A DNA stretch of 63,962 nt, filler included, from Diploschistes diacapsis (taxonomy: Eukaryota): the NCBI GenBank assembly GCA_023645945.1. It is 25 parts of 25 records of this genome, joined end to end, with 100 filler letters (N's around TTAATTAATTAA, not from the genome) between each part and the next. Parts side by side here need not be neighbours in the genome. Positions count along the whole stretch, not along the records: positions 51,275 to 52,338 come from JALAIB010004106.1; positions 52,439 to 53,501 come from JALAIB010004107.1; positions 53,602 to 54,664 come from JALAIB010004108.1; positions 54,765 to 55,827 come from JALAIB010004109.1; positions 55,928 to 56,990 come from JALAIB010004110.1; positions 57,091 to 58,153 come from JALAIB010004111.1; positions 58,254 to 59,315 come from JALAIB010004112.1; positions 59,416 to 60,477 come from JALAIB010004113.1; 17 more parts are not named here. The stretch is one strand, 5' to 3'. This document shows positions 52,208-63,962 of the stretch, piece by piece. Both the position numbers and the translations under genes were made by a program. The stretch's first letter is position 1, and the number at the start of each line of letters is the position of its first letter. The notes beneath the pieces were generated by a model. That model searched no databases and was not told the DNA's origin. It saw nothing but the letters and a program-made list of their open reading frames with translations.

Positions 52208-53601
52208 TTTCATACGTTTCTTTTTAAATAATAAAATAATCTAAGAATATTCGTTAATTACGATAACTTCGTTAAACAGACTCGATTGACCTTTAATATT
52301 ATTAACGACAAAGAATACGTTATACGAGTTATCAAAACNNNNNNNNNNNNNNNNNNNNNNNNNNNNNNNNNNNNNNNNNNNNTTAATTAATTAANNNNNN
52401 NNNNNNNNNNNNNNNNNNNNNNNNNNNNNNNNNNNNNNGGGAATGGGTGGGGGGAGGAGGCTCAACAGAGCAACCCCAGAATTCAGCGGTGTCTGCTCGC
52501 TCCGCACCTTCTGCGCGGAGCTTATCCATCTTTGCGCTGCGCCGGGGGGGGGATCGTTGATCGTTGATAAGCTGGTTGATTGTTGTAGCTCCGCGAGCTT
52601 GGCTTGGCGTCGGCCGGTCTTCTTCTGCCCCTCCCTTAGTTCGGAGGAGCAGATCGCGTGGGGTCCTTCGTTATGTTCAATCAGCCCGAGTGGAATTCCT
52701 AGGGGTTGGGGGGTTTGGGGGAATATATACCACTTTCTCGTTGCTGTTCGATTACCGTGTGGCAGGTTTTGCATCGAGTGTTTTTTTTTTTCCGTTAGTC
52801 TTCGCTAGGGGACTTCAAGTTTGCGGGGATGGGCTTCGTTGTGTGTTCTTGAGCCCACCGGTCCAGTGGGCTCAAGACAGCACTTCGCTGGGGCTTGCTG
52901 GCCTTTTTCGTTGGAGAGGTCGATCGAGAACGGCTGCAACGTCGGCGGGGCCGGGCGAGGTACAGAAATACGGGGCATTCTGCGGGGCCGTAGGTGGACG
53001 GACATCCCACGATGCTGGATAGTGTTCGGTAAACGAAAGTAATTATGGATCGCTTTTTAATGAGGTTCACTACGTAGCGAATCCGAGATACCGAAGCTCT
53101 CCCGAGACCTTTCAACTCTCATGCATAATGGATATGAAGCACATGTATCCAAAGTCGCCCGTCCCCCTCCTTGAGTCCCCCACAGTTCCCCCTATATTAT
53201 AAACATAATGCGCTGTTGCAGATCATCCTCCCTCCGGGGCTTCATGCTAATAATGGCCTCATACAAACAATTCGAGCAAAACAACGTTGTATCTGTATAC
53301 CATACCACAGTGCCTATTTATTCCATGTGCCTACCAGCGCAGCAGGCACAAAGCAAGAAGCATATACAGCAAGCAAGCAAAGTAGGGGTAAAAGCACACA
53401 GCCAGGGCGGCCGCGCATGAGCGCATGAACAACCCATTCCCGCTGCTACCCACCGCCATCGCCCCACCCTCTCTGTCTGTTCGTGGCCGGGCCTTTTGGT
53501 GNNNNNNNNNNNNNNNNNNNNNNNNNNNNNNNNNNNNNNNNNNNNTTAATTAATTAANNNNNNNNNNNNNNNNNNNNNNNNNNNNNNNNNNNNNNNNNNN
53601 N

Positions 53602-54241
53602 CTAATATCTTAAATAAGTAAAAAATAAAGTTTAGTTTTAATATCAATTATAAAAGCTAAATATATTAATTTATATTACGTCGCTAAATAGGCCTTATAG
53701 TACTTATAATTTTTAAAAGATATTAATTATTTTAATCTTATAAAACCATTTCCATATACTATTAATCTATTCGGCGATAATATTAATTCTTTAAACCTAA
53801 TAAAATACGTAAAAATTAACGACCGTTCAAAACATATCGACATTATTTATTATCACGTACGAAATCTTATTAAGCAAGAACGTATTAGAATGTCTTATGT
53901 TTTTATCGATAAGATGGTTGCTGACGGGCTTACGAAGTTATTAAATTACTTAAAGCACGACGCCTTTATTAAGAGACTCGGCCTAGTTCAAAAGATATCC
54001 AGTTAGACTATATAGATATACTAGATTATTCCGCCTGTAGGGGAGTGTTGAATAGGCAGGTAAAAGGTATGGCTGGGAGTTCGACTGAGTTCTAGTCTCC
54101 TAAAACTCTGACTAGACCGATCGGGAGTAATGTTGGCAATAAGGCTTAACGGAACCTGTAGGGTATAAAAAGTCTGCGCAGTAGGATATCTTCATAGGAT
54201 AAGACCTCTAGACTTCAATACATCCATTACGTTGCCAAACA
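53602..54241 (+). mobile_element. Copia RNase H remnant, PPT and 3' LTR (54046-54241, family A)
   Basis: RSKHIDIIYYHVRNL..DKMVADGLTK, then AGGGGAG|TGTTG..CCAAACA. Confidence 0.92.
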
Positions 54242-54664
54242 AATAATATACTTAACGAATTGTTTAAATATTTATAATATTATTACGGGTATCTTTTACG
54301 TTATTAATAACATAAAAAAACCCGTTTCTATTAAGCTCCTTAAGGTTAACAAAGGGATCTATATTAATCAATTATAAACAACAAGTTTAAAAATATCGAG
54401 TTAATTCTAAAAAGCATGAAGTTTTTAATTTTAAAGAATTTTTAAAATTACTTTAAAAAAAGATTAACGTATTTATATTAATAATAAACGGGATCGAAAA
54501 TCTATACACCGAAAAAAATCGGGAAGTTAAATTAAATAACGTTGGAGAAAACACGCTTCCATTATGTTTATAAGATTTTAAAGACGTGTTCGATAATAAA
54601 AAAACTGTTACATTATTATTCTATCGATACATCGATTATACTATTAAAATAGAAAGTAAACTAC
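54242..54664 (+). mobile_element. Gypsy pol fragment (pre-RT region), RIP-degraded
   Basis: LPLCYKDFKDVFDNKKTVTLLFYRYIDYTIKIE resembles the Gypsy 'Y.DF.DVF....LPPHR..DH.I' motif. Confidence 0.65.
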
Positions 54665-54764
54665 NNNNNNNNNNNNNNNNNNNNNNNNNNNNNNNNNNNN
54701 NNNNNNNNTTAATTAATTAANNNNNNNNNNNNNNNNNNNNNNNNNNNNNNNNNNNNNNNNNNNN

Positions 54765-55090
54765 ATATTATAAAATACACGATGTCATCAGTATAACACA
54801 TCTAGAACCTGTCCCAGATCCTACCGGCGACCCCTATCACCGCCGACTTTTACCCCCACCCCCTGTGACGGTCGACTTGGAGGAAGGATACTATAAAATA
54901 AACAAACTACTAGCTAAAAGGAGATTTAGGAAGGGCAAAAGATAAAAAACCGAGTATTTAATACGTTAGATAGGCTATAATGTTAGCGAGGATATGTAAA
55001 TATCGAATAAAAAGTTATTACGATATACTAACAATATTGTTGCCGACTACGAAAGGAGATACGAAAAGCTTAAAAAGGTTGGATAGAATC
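54765..55090 (+). mobile_element. Gypsy integrase tail plus chromodomain
   Basis: IHDVISITHLEP..DPY..PPPPV..YKINKLLAKR..EYLIR*IGY..EDM*. Confidence 0.85.
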
Positions 55091-56371
55091 AGAAATAAGA
55101 TATAAATAAAGATATCGAAGATGGATACAAAGATTTTAATCTCTTAAAAGAATCAAAGTTGCTTTACTTTTTAAAAGCTTTTGACAAGCTCTTGCTGAAG
55201 GTTTCGTCTCCGAGACAAATGCTCAAAAAGAGGATTATTTAAGATTACTATTTACGAGAATACAAGCTAGCTACATACTTATGTAAGCATAAGCTTTTAA
55301 TAGACGAAGAAATTGTAGTAATCGCTGAGCTAGCTGATGGATTGCTTGGGATTGTTGCTGGGGCAGGTAGTGCCGACCTCGCTGCCGAGGCATCATCTAT
55401 GACGATAATGCTTGGCATCTACTGTATATAAGTAGATTTTGCTCCAGATTAGCTACAAATGGACACTCACTTCTCTCACTAAGTTTCTTTGCCACTAATA
55501 AGTCAGTTTTTACGAGCTTTAAATGACTTTTATGATTATTTATCACCACGATTAGACGCGGAGATAAAAAAGGAACGGAAGGGAATATAATGGGCGAAAA
55601 AGGAGCGGAAGGGGGCATAATAGGCGGAAAAGGAAGAACACGGTATAAAAAAGGTTATAAAAGATTTAAAAGTACGCTTTTAAACTATTTTTAAAATATT
55701 TTAAGCATTTTTTAATATTTTAATATTTATTTATTTTTACTATATAGTTTTTATGGTTATATAGTTTATTTTATAAGTCATTATAAATACGATAATGATG
55801 AAATTATATTTCTTTTATATTTAATTTNNNNNNNNNNNNNNNNNNNNNNNNNNNNNNNNNNNNNNNNNNNNTTAATTAATTAANNNNNNNNNNNNNNNNN
55901 NNNNNNNNNNNNNNNNNNNNNNNNNNNAAAGAAACGTTCTTTATTATTAATTTCGATAATTAGATTCGTGAACTTTCGTTAATTTCGAAATTTTTTAATC
56001 GTTATTCGTAAATCGATGTTTTCGTTAATTAAACGGGCCCGGGTCTTTTATTTTTTATTTAATAATTATTTTAATTCGTTTTTTTTAATTAAATCTTTTT
56101 CGAATTATTATTAGAATCGTTGGATCTTTCGTTTATTTCGTTAGTTTATTTTTTCGAACGTTATTACGTAGATATGTATTAATTTTTTTTCGATTCGGTA
56201 ATAGATTTCTTTTATTTATTTTTACGATTATAGCTTTATTATATTTTCGATAACGTTGTTTTAATTAATTTATTCTTTTATCGGGTCTTTAAACGAAGAT
56301 ATTCGTCGCTTAAGTTCGTCGCGGGGACCCTTTTAGTATTCTTCCCGTATTAATTTTTCGTTAATATTAAA

Positions 56372-56850
56372 TAGGCTGGCCGTTGCGTGCCACGGTCACT
56401 GACACGGACACTACCGCGAAAATTTTCTCGGCACGGACACTGACACGGACACTGCACTGCAGTAAAAGCACTAACACGGATACTACAACAAAAATTTTCT
56501 CGGCACGAATACTGACACGGACACCGTAATAAAAAAAATTTCGCCACGAACATTAACACGGATATTATTTTATAATAAAAATACGAACACGGATATTACA
56601 ACTAAAAAATTTAAAATATAGATACTAACACGGACACTACATTACAATAAATCCATTAATACGGACATTACGATTAAAATTTTTAAAACACGGATACTAA
56701 CACGGACATTATAATATAATGAAAGTATTAATACGGATATTATAATATAATAAAAGTACTAACACGGACACCGCAATATAATAAAAATACTAATACGGAT
56801 ACCGCAATATAATGAAAGCACGGACACGAGATACTACACTAAAATATTCG
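56372..56850 (-). mobile_element. hAT-type MITE family B, one-ended inverted copy
   Basis: TAGGCTGGCCGT TIR followed by ACACGGACAC arrays that decay toward the interior. Confidence 0.82.
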
Positions 56851-57090
56851 TATATTTACTAATATTATTTTAATATACGTATATTATTTTAACAGCGTAA
56901 AAATTGATCGTAAGAATTAAACGTAAGAATTTTATTTATAATAACTTACGTTTAACGTAAACTTTATAATCTATTAACGTAATACCCGATNNNNNNNNNN
57001 NNNNNNNNNNNNNNNNNNNNNNNNNNNNNNNNNNTTAATTAATTAANNNNNNNNNNNNNNNNNNNNNNNNNNNNNNNNNNNNNNNNNNNN

Positions 57091-57352
57091 CGATAATACC
57101 ATATATATCAAATCAAAATAATACTGCCGAAAGATTTATATAAATTACCGAAATGAACATTCGTGTTATATTTAAAACAACGAAACAAGAATACGGTTTT
57201 TAAAACGAAACAGCATTAACTCAATACCATATCCGAAATAAAACGGTAATAAAATCTAAATTAAACGGTTTAATCGCGACGCCTACCGAACATTAATTAA
57301 ACGAAAAATCGTTAATAAACTATATCCGTGTCTAAAAATCAAGATGCTATAA
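57091..57352 (+). mobile_element. Copia integrase core fragment (RIP-degraded)
   Basis: PYISNQNNTAER..F*NETA..IRNKT..TPTEH*..YIRV*KSRCY matches the copia 'QNG.AER..FW.EA..RN..TP.E.W' pattern. Confidence 0.78.
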
Positions 57353-57355
57353 TTA

Positions 57356-57829
57356 ACGTGTTTCACGGTCAGCTCGGCCACCCCAAAAGCTCGGCCACCT
57401 CAAATTATTACCGTTAACATTCTACGGTTTTTAAATACAATCTATTCGTCGTAATTAGAATCTAATCGATCCGAATCGAATCTATTTTCTTCTATTTCAT
57501 CCTTCTCGATTTTAGAAACGCGACGACGTTTTTTACGCGTTATAAGTCGTTTCGAAATTATTCGATTCGATTTAATCCGAATTATTATTTTAAAAACTTC
57601 GTCTATATTAAACAAAAAACGATTTTTTAATTCAATTCGTTTATTTAATTTACGTTTTTTACGATTATTAAAAAGCGTTTTTATTTTCGGTTTTCTTTAC
57701 GAAACGTTATAAACTTAATATACGTCGATTTAAATATACGGATTATTTAAGTCGAATAACGTCGAATCGGGTTAATTAATTTTAAAAAAGTTCGCAACGT
57801 TTAATTAAACTTTTTATTAATCTTTCGTA
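57356..57829 (-). mobile_element. Fot1/pogo (Tan1/Vader-like) element end with transposase C-terminal remnant
   Basis: TA|ACGTGTTTCACGGTCAGCTCGGCCACC..AGCTCGGCCACC TIR with internal direct repeats. Basic then acidic tail on the minus strand. Confidence 0.7.
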
Positions 57830-58619
57830 CATCACGAAAAGTTTTTGTCTGCGAAACACCGCGAAAATCCGCGAGGTTGGCGAAACTGGCGAAACCGGAG
57901 AGGTGGGCGACAGATAATGCGTTCAAGCGACTCGCCAACTTTCGCCAAAAGGTTTGGCGAAACACGGCGAAACCGGCGAAACCGGCGAAACCGGCGAAAC
58001 TGGCGAAACTGACGAAACTGGCGAAACTGGCGAAAGCTGGCAAAAATGGCGAGGTCAATCATTTTTTTACTAATATATTACGTAAGCAAAAAAATTAATG
58101 CTTATAATATAATACTAATAATATTAATAATATTAATTAATTAATAATTATATNNNNNNNNNNNNNNNNNNNNNNNNNNNNNNNNNNNNNNNNNNNNTTA
58201 ATTAATTAANNNNNNNNNNNNNNNNNNNNNNNNNNNNNNNNNNNNNNNNNNNNATTAAACTAAATTAAATCATATCTCGGTAAGTTCACCTGAACTAAAC
58301 TTCCCGGATTCTCTCAGTAAACCTCTTAGAACAAGCCAAGCTTACAGCCATGCCTTCCGTCTGCCCGCTCAACAAAAATATCATCGAGATAAACGATCTA
58401 AATAATATCAATTAAACCTATTAAAGCTCGATTAATATAAACTTAAAATATAATTAGAACGTTTATTAACCTAAATAATATCATTTAGTGACGGCCGTGT
58501 CAGTGTCCGTGTTTTAGATTTTTTAACTACAGTGTCCGTGTCAATAAATAAATCACGAAAACGAATCAAAAACGAATAATATTAACGATAGAACCCTTAT
58601 TTGATTGATTTACGTTTGG

Positions 58620-59315
58620 ACTGATATCCTACCGACGAAATACTTGACAAGCGCCCCTCAGGGCAACAGCGGAGAGATGGCAGCGATACAATGAGAAGGA
58701 GGAGAGTCGCGTCGCGACGCGTCTCATCCCTAACAGGACCGCGCAGGCGGGCCGGCGGGAAGCTCGAACGTTAAAAATAAATTAAAAAACGTAATATAAA
58801 TAATCGAGATATACGTGAAAATAAAATAAAACGAAAGACTAATATAATTCTAAATTATAATAACGGAAGCGATACGCGAGAACGACGCCGACGCGCCGGA
58901 ACCTAATCGTAAAAAAAACGCGTCGAAACTGAAAGAAAGATTAAACACGATTAAAAAAATATAAAAACGATATAATGAACTATAGAAAAATAAAAAAATA
59001 ACCGCAACAACCCCGGAAATAAAAACTAAGTTTAAGTGGCGGATGCCTCCCCCGGGAGAAAGAATAAGGTAATAGAAATATTAAAAAGAACGATTAGAAA
59101 GATTATAATTCGATTAAGAAATAAGATACAAGCGAGAAAGCAACGGAATAGACCCGAGTTAATAACGAACGCTAAAAAGACCGAAATAAAAAATATTATT
59201 ATAGCCCGGCGGTTCCCTAACGAGGACGTGAAATTCGTAATAAATCAAAAAAAATAAAAGACGTAATCGAAGAAATAAAAGAATAAATAACGATATTCGG
59301 ACGAAAGGCGAAAAT
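58620..59315 (+). mobile_element. Probable LINE (Tad1-like) 5' region / ORF1 remnant
   Basis: GC-rich leader, then an A-rich frame with IIIARRFPNEDVKF..E*ITIFG, similar by eye to fungal LINE ORF1. Confidence 0.45.
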
Positions 59316-59415
59316 NNNNNNNNNNNNNNNNNNNNNNNNNNNNNNNNNNNNNNNNNNNNTTAATTAATTAANNNNNNNNNNNNNNNNNNNNNNNNNNNNN
59401 NNNNNNNNNNNNNNN

Positions 59416-59793
59416 AAAAAATTTCTCGAGATCGCGATAAAATATCCGTAAGTTTTATTAAAAATTATAGAACGAAAATCATTAATCGAATATAAAACCA
59501 TTCTTTATCCGTAACTTTAAATTTACGTAACTTATCTCGAAAACTTCCGCTTAAATCCTACATTTCCTATTTAAGCCATCTTACGATCGCATCCTTTTTA
59601 TAATATGCTTAAATAATCATCCAATACGTACTATTCCAGCGAACAGCGAAATCTTTTTGAATTATCGAGGGTTATTTTACGGTCATGTTTCGTTGTAACG
59701 CCAGAAAACGTTCGTAACGGGTAGCCGAAGAATTAATTATATTTATAAAAATACGAATTTATTATAATTAATATCTTTTTGTGAGAATTGAAC
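59416..59793 (-). mobile_element. hAT transposase fragment (RIP-degraded)
   Basis: The minus frame reads IQKDFAVRWNSTYWMI..DAI..TDKEW, containing the hAT D..RWNST motif. Confidence 0.85.
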
Positions 59794-60248
59794 TGTTATG
59801 ATCTCTATTTATACAAGGTATACACGAGTAAGATCAAGGTGGGTTTGGTTTCTGTTAGAAGAGGAGTGTGATAGGAAAAGAAGATAGAATAGTTATAAAT
59901 CTTAAATTATTTTTAAAAAGAAAGCTTTAAAGTAATAAAGATAACGAATATAAATTAATCTCGAATAATAATTTAAGATATTTATAAAAATAAATACGCT
60001 CTTTTCCACGAAAATAAAGTCGTGTTTATATATAATTAGCTTGCTCGCCGTTTATTATAAGTTTAACGAACGGTGCCCTCGAGGCTCGCCGTTTATAAAA
60101 ATAAGCGCGATTATCGAGCGGTGACGAAAGCGTGCTCGCCGTTTATGAGGATAAACGCGAGCAGTAAGCGTATCACGTGATTCTTAATCCCGTAACTGAT
60201 TTATATATAAAACTAAGACGTGTTAAGTTTAATATTTGGATCTTAATA
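59794..60248 (-). mobile_element. Complete family D LTR (about 455 bp)
   Basis: On the + strand it runs TGTTATGATC..GGATCTTAATA (eroded GGATCGTAACA). It is the reverse complement of 47276-47682. Confidence 0.85.
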
Positions 60249-60577
60249 TTATTCTTTTTTTTTATTTACGATTGGATAGAATAATCTTTCAGACTTTTTA
60301 TTCATTACGTGACCCGCGTCACCCTAATTGGATTATATATAAGGAATGATTGGGAAGTGCCCGACTAGCTGTTGCGTACCAAGTACTACCGACTAGTACC
60401 TTGGATCGTAACACTAACGACGGTGGATTAACGTAAATCACGAAAGAATTATATATTATCGACGATTTACGAATAAANNNNNNNNNNNNNNNNNNNNNNN
60501 NNNNNNNNNNNNNNNNNNNNNTTAATTAATTAANNNNNNNNNNNNNNNNNNNNNNNNNNNNNNNNNNNNNNNNNNNN

Positions 60578-61110
60578 AGACTGAATTACCTAAATTATTT
60601 AAACTTATTAATATTATAAGTTCGAGATAGGTTTTCGATGTTAAATATAATTTTAATAATAATATTAAAAGGGTTAAAACTAGATTAATCGTAAAAAGAT
60701 TTTCGTAAAGACAAGATATCGATTTCGATAAGATATTTGTTTTTATTATTTAAGCAGATTCGTTACGGATCTTATTAGCGGTTATAGTAGCTAAAAATCT
60801 AAAATATTATTAATTAAACGTCAATAACGCGTTTATTAAGACGTTACTAATATATTAGATCTATAATCTATTAAAAGGATATAGCGTTCTAAAAAACACC
60901 GTATTTAAAATGAATAAAAGCTTATATAATGTAAAACAGACGGCCAAAGACTGGTATAAGAAAAGCGGCAATATAATCCTAAATTTAAGATTCATTCGAT
61001 CTAATATTAACCTATACGTTTTCATTTTACGAGACAGAAGACTATTAATTGATCTTTATATAAATGATATTATCGTGGTAGCATCGGAGTTGCATAAATC
61101 AGTTTAATAA
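60578..61110 (+). mobile_element. Copia reverse transcriptase (RVT_2) remnant
   Basis: KTRLIVKRFS*RQDIDFDKIF..LNVNNAF..KSLYNVKQTAKDWY..LYINDII, where YIND is the RIP-altered YVDD. Confidence 0.92.
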
Positions 61111-62100
61111 GAAAACGGCGATAACTAAGGATCCCAATATTAATATCGTACTGACCGGTTCCGCTCCTGACATTCTTAAATTATCATCGATTTCGCCGTC
61201 GCAAATCAACTAGGAATTAAGAAATGGTACGCTGCCAACGACGCAGAAAGAAGCCACTGCTTCGGTTGAAATATAAAAACTTGTTTGGGTATGTTTTCTT
61301 CATATTTGGATCCAGTAGCTCTGACGGTAGAATGTGTTGGTGTTCAAGTGTTATGATCTCTATCTCTACAAGGTAGACACGAGGTATTGATCAAGGTAAG
61401 TTTGGTCTCGTATAGAAGAGGAGTATAGGTAAAAGATGAAGATAAAATAGTTATAGATCTTAGACTACTTCTAAAAGAAGGCTTTAGTAATAGAAGGTAA
61501 CGAATATAAAATAGTCTCGAATAATAATTGAAGATAATTATAAAAATAAACACGTGGGAATTTATAAGAACCATAGCGACGTTTTTATATAACTTCAAAT
61601 AATAATTAATTATCGACAGCCGAGCTATCGCGATAGCGCNNNNNNNNNNNNNNNNNNNNNNNNNNNNNNNNNNNNNNNNNNNNTTAATTAATTAANNNNN
61701 NNNNNNNNNNNNNNNNNNNNNNNNNNNNNNNNNNNNNNNATTTTAATAGGTAAAAAGAAGATTATAAAGGTAACTCTGAAAGACTAAAACAAGAAAGGGA
61801 GAAATAATTGTAAGGTTAAGCGAGGAGCATGTTAAAAGTCGGACAAGCGGCGTTCAGGGTCTTGGCTTGTTGGTACTTGAAAGGGGATTTTGTCCTTCTT
61901 ATTCTCTCCTCTTCTTTAGTAATTAGTCCTAGCATGAACCTGCGCTGCGTATAGCCATCTTGCTACATTGTCGTATTCTACCCCTTACACTTACGGGTAA
62001 CTTTCAGAACTTTTAACTATTAGCGGCCATATCGCCGTCGCAAATAAACTAAAAATTAAAAAATAATGCATTCATTAAGATATAAAAACTCATTTTAATA

Positions 62101-62731
62101 ACGTGTTTGACGGGGAACCGGGCCACCCCCAGAAATGGGCCACCTCTCATGACAACTTTCATCTTTTTCTTCGATTTTTTCAACAATGACTACCTCGCAT
62201 CGTAATAATTCGATTCTAATAGAATTTAATATCAACGATTATTTATAGGCCCTAAATTCTTAATAATATATTAACGTTCGAGAAACTACCCGCGCATTTA
62301 AAGTTCCTCGTTCAACCATCATGCGTCGATTTATTAAAATACAATCACGTTCTAATAATCACGAATCGAGTTAAATCCTTTTAAATCTTAAAAAAAAGAT
62401 ATTAATACGATAGATTACACATCTTATATAAACTAACTTTCCTACATCGTCTACGTTAATAGTGGAAATAACCGAAGAAATTCGACGCGAAAGAATTCGA
62501 TTCGGTTCAAATCTAGAAATTATGATCGCGAATCTTTAACCTATCGGTAAAAATTAGATATCGCGATTTCGCAAACGATTTCTTAAAATTACCAATATCT
62601 AGATAAGATAGATCGAATCGAATAAATTTAATACGATAAATTACGAAGTTATATAACGGTGATTCGATATAATGATAATTTAATATAATAAAGGGCAATA
62701 CGCGCCCGAACATATCTACAATATAGACGAA
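62101..62731 (+). mobile_element. Fot1/pogo transposon 5' end with degraded transposase
   Basis: TA|ACGTGTTTGACGG..GGGCCACC..GGGCCACC TIR. ATG near 62186 followed by RAFKVPRSTIMRR (HTH), with stops. Confidence 0.85.
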
Positions 62732-63962
62732 TTGTAAGGCCTGCGGGGTTACACATCTGCCACCTACTGCCACAGCCACGCACCTACATATAGTGTAATA
62801 GNNNNNNNNNNNNNNNNNNNNNNNNNNNNNNNNNNNNNNNNNNNNTTAATTAATTAANNNNNNNNNNNNNNNNNNNNNNNNNNNNNNNNNNNNNNNNNNN
62901 NGGTTTCGCCAGTTTCGCCATGTTTCGCCAAACCTTTTGGCGAAAGCTGGCGAAATGGGCGAAACCCGCGAAACAGGCACTTTCGCCAGAATTTTTTTTT
63001 TGCTTGAATAACTTTTCGTGATAACCCGATAACCTGAATTGCTGCTTTAAAGAAATACGATATATTTTTATATATATTATGAAGTCCGGATGGCGACGAG
63101 AAGATCATTATACATAATCGACAGTTGTTCTTACGTATCGACATCGACAATGTCTAAAATTTAATAATCAGCTTATACGCTGTAAAGGGTGGAATACGAC
63201 AATGTAGCAAGATGGCTGTACGCAGGGCAGATTCATGCTAGGACTAATTATTAAAGAAGAGGAGAGAATAAAAAAAACAAAATCCCCTTTTAAGTACCCG
63301 CAAGCTAAGACCCTGAATACCGTTTGTCATTAACGAGATATTTATTTCCTCGACACTGTATATTAGGTTAACGATTAGTCGTCCTATTAGCTTTCGGATA
63401 GACATCACGTTATCGCCTTTTCTATAACTTTCAAGAAGCTTCAATTCTTAAAAAATAAGTGTTTTATCTTTTTTAAATCTAACCGAGTGTAAGGCCAAGC
63501 GAGGAGCATGCCAAGAGTCAGACAAGCGGCGCTCAGGGTCTTGGCTTGCGGGTATTTGAAGGGGGATTTTGTTCTTCTTACTCTCTCCTCTTCTTTAATA
63601 ATTAGTCCTAGCATGAACCTACCCTAAGTATAATTATCTTGCCATATTATCGTATTCTACCTCTTACAGTTCTAATTACTTTACCTTTCTTAAGGACGAC
63701 GATCCGACAAGATAACACGTTATTCGCAACGTACATATAGGGCAAACCCACGCAACCAAATTAAAATAAAAAAAATGAAAGAAAAGAAAGAAATAACGAT
63801 CTAAAACTATCCTATTTAATAAAAAAGATTCAGATTATACCGAGCAACAAAAACGAGACTCGCAGTCTAAAAATAAAACATTAATAAACGAATCGTTAAA
63901 GCAAAAAAATGATTTCGAATTTATATTAAAAGCTATACCAGAAACAATCAAAAACATATTAC

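Noticed and set aside
18556..62901. Regularly spaced TTAATTAATTAA motif flanked by N runs, resembling a repeat array
   Set aside because: It is an artificial contig linker with six-frame stops, not biological. Cross-linker neighbourhoods carry no information.

Overview
This is eukaryotic DNA from a filamentous ascomycete (Pezizomycotina-type introns: GT..AG with CTRAY branch points). It is not one locus. It is 25 contigs joined by an artificial 100-nt linker (N44-TTAATTAATTAA-N44), so adjacency across linkers is meaningless. There are two gene-rich contigs. Contig 1-18555 carries an Iec1-like C2H2 protein, an aldo-keto/pyridoxal reductase, a carboxylesterase pseudogene, a multi-C2H2 transcription factor, a small acylated SVIP-like protein, PRP5 and a mitochondrial-type HMG-box protein. 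Contig 25649-44187 carries an F-box-like ORF, an amidohydrolase, a secreted pro-domain protein, pseudogenes, TIM50, a secreted Ser/Thr-rich protein and two small MITEs. The other 23 contigs (about 1.06 kb each) are mostly AT-rich, RIP-degraded, nested transposon relics (Copia, chromoviral Gypsy, Fot1/pogo, Tc1, hAT, probable LINE), plus two repeat-rich non-autonomous families. Best leads: (1) a spliced, secreted protein with a repetitive Kex2-type pro-domain and a permuted papain-like His...NC motif; (2) an unclassified foldback element built from 9-bp arrays; (3) a hAT-type MITE with an 8-bp target-site duplication (TSD) and internal satellite; (4) an unusually long, weak-branch-point intron in PRP5. 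All family assignments come from reading motifs by eye; no database search was run.
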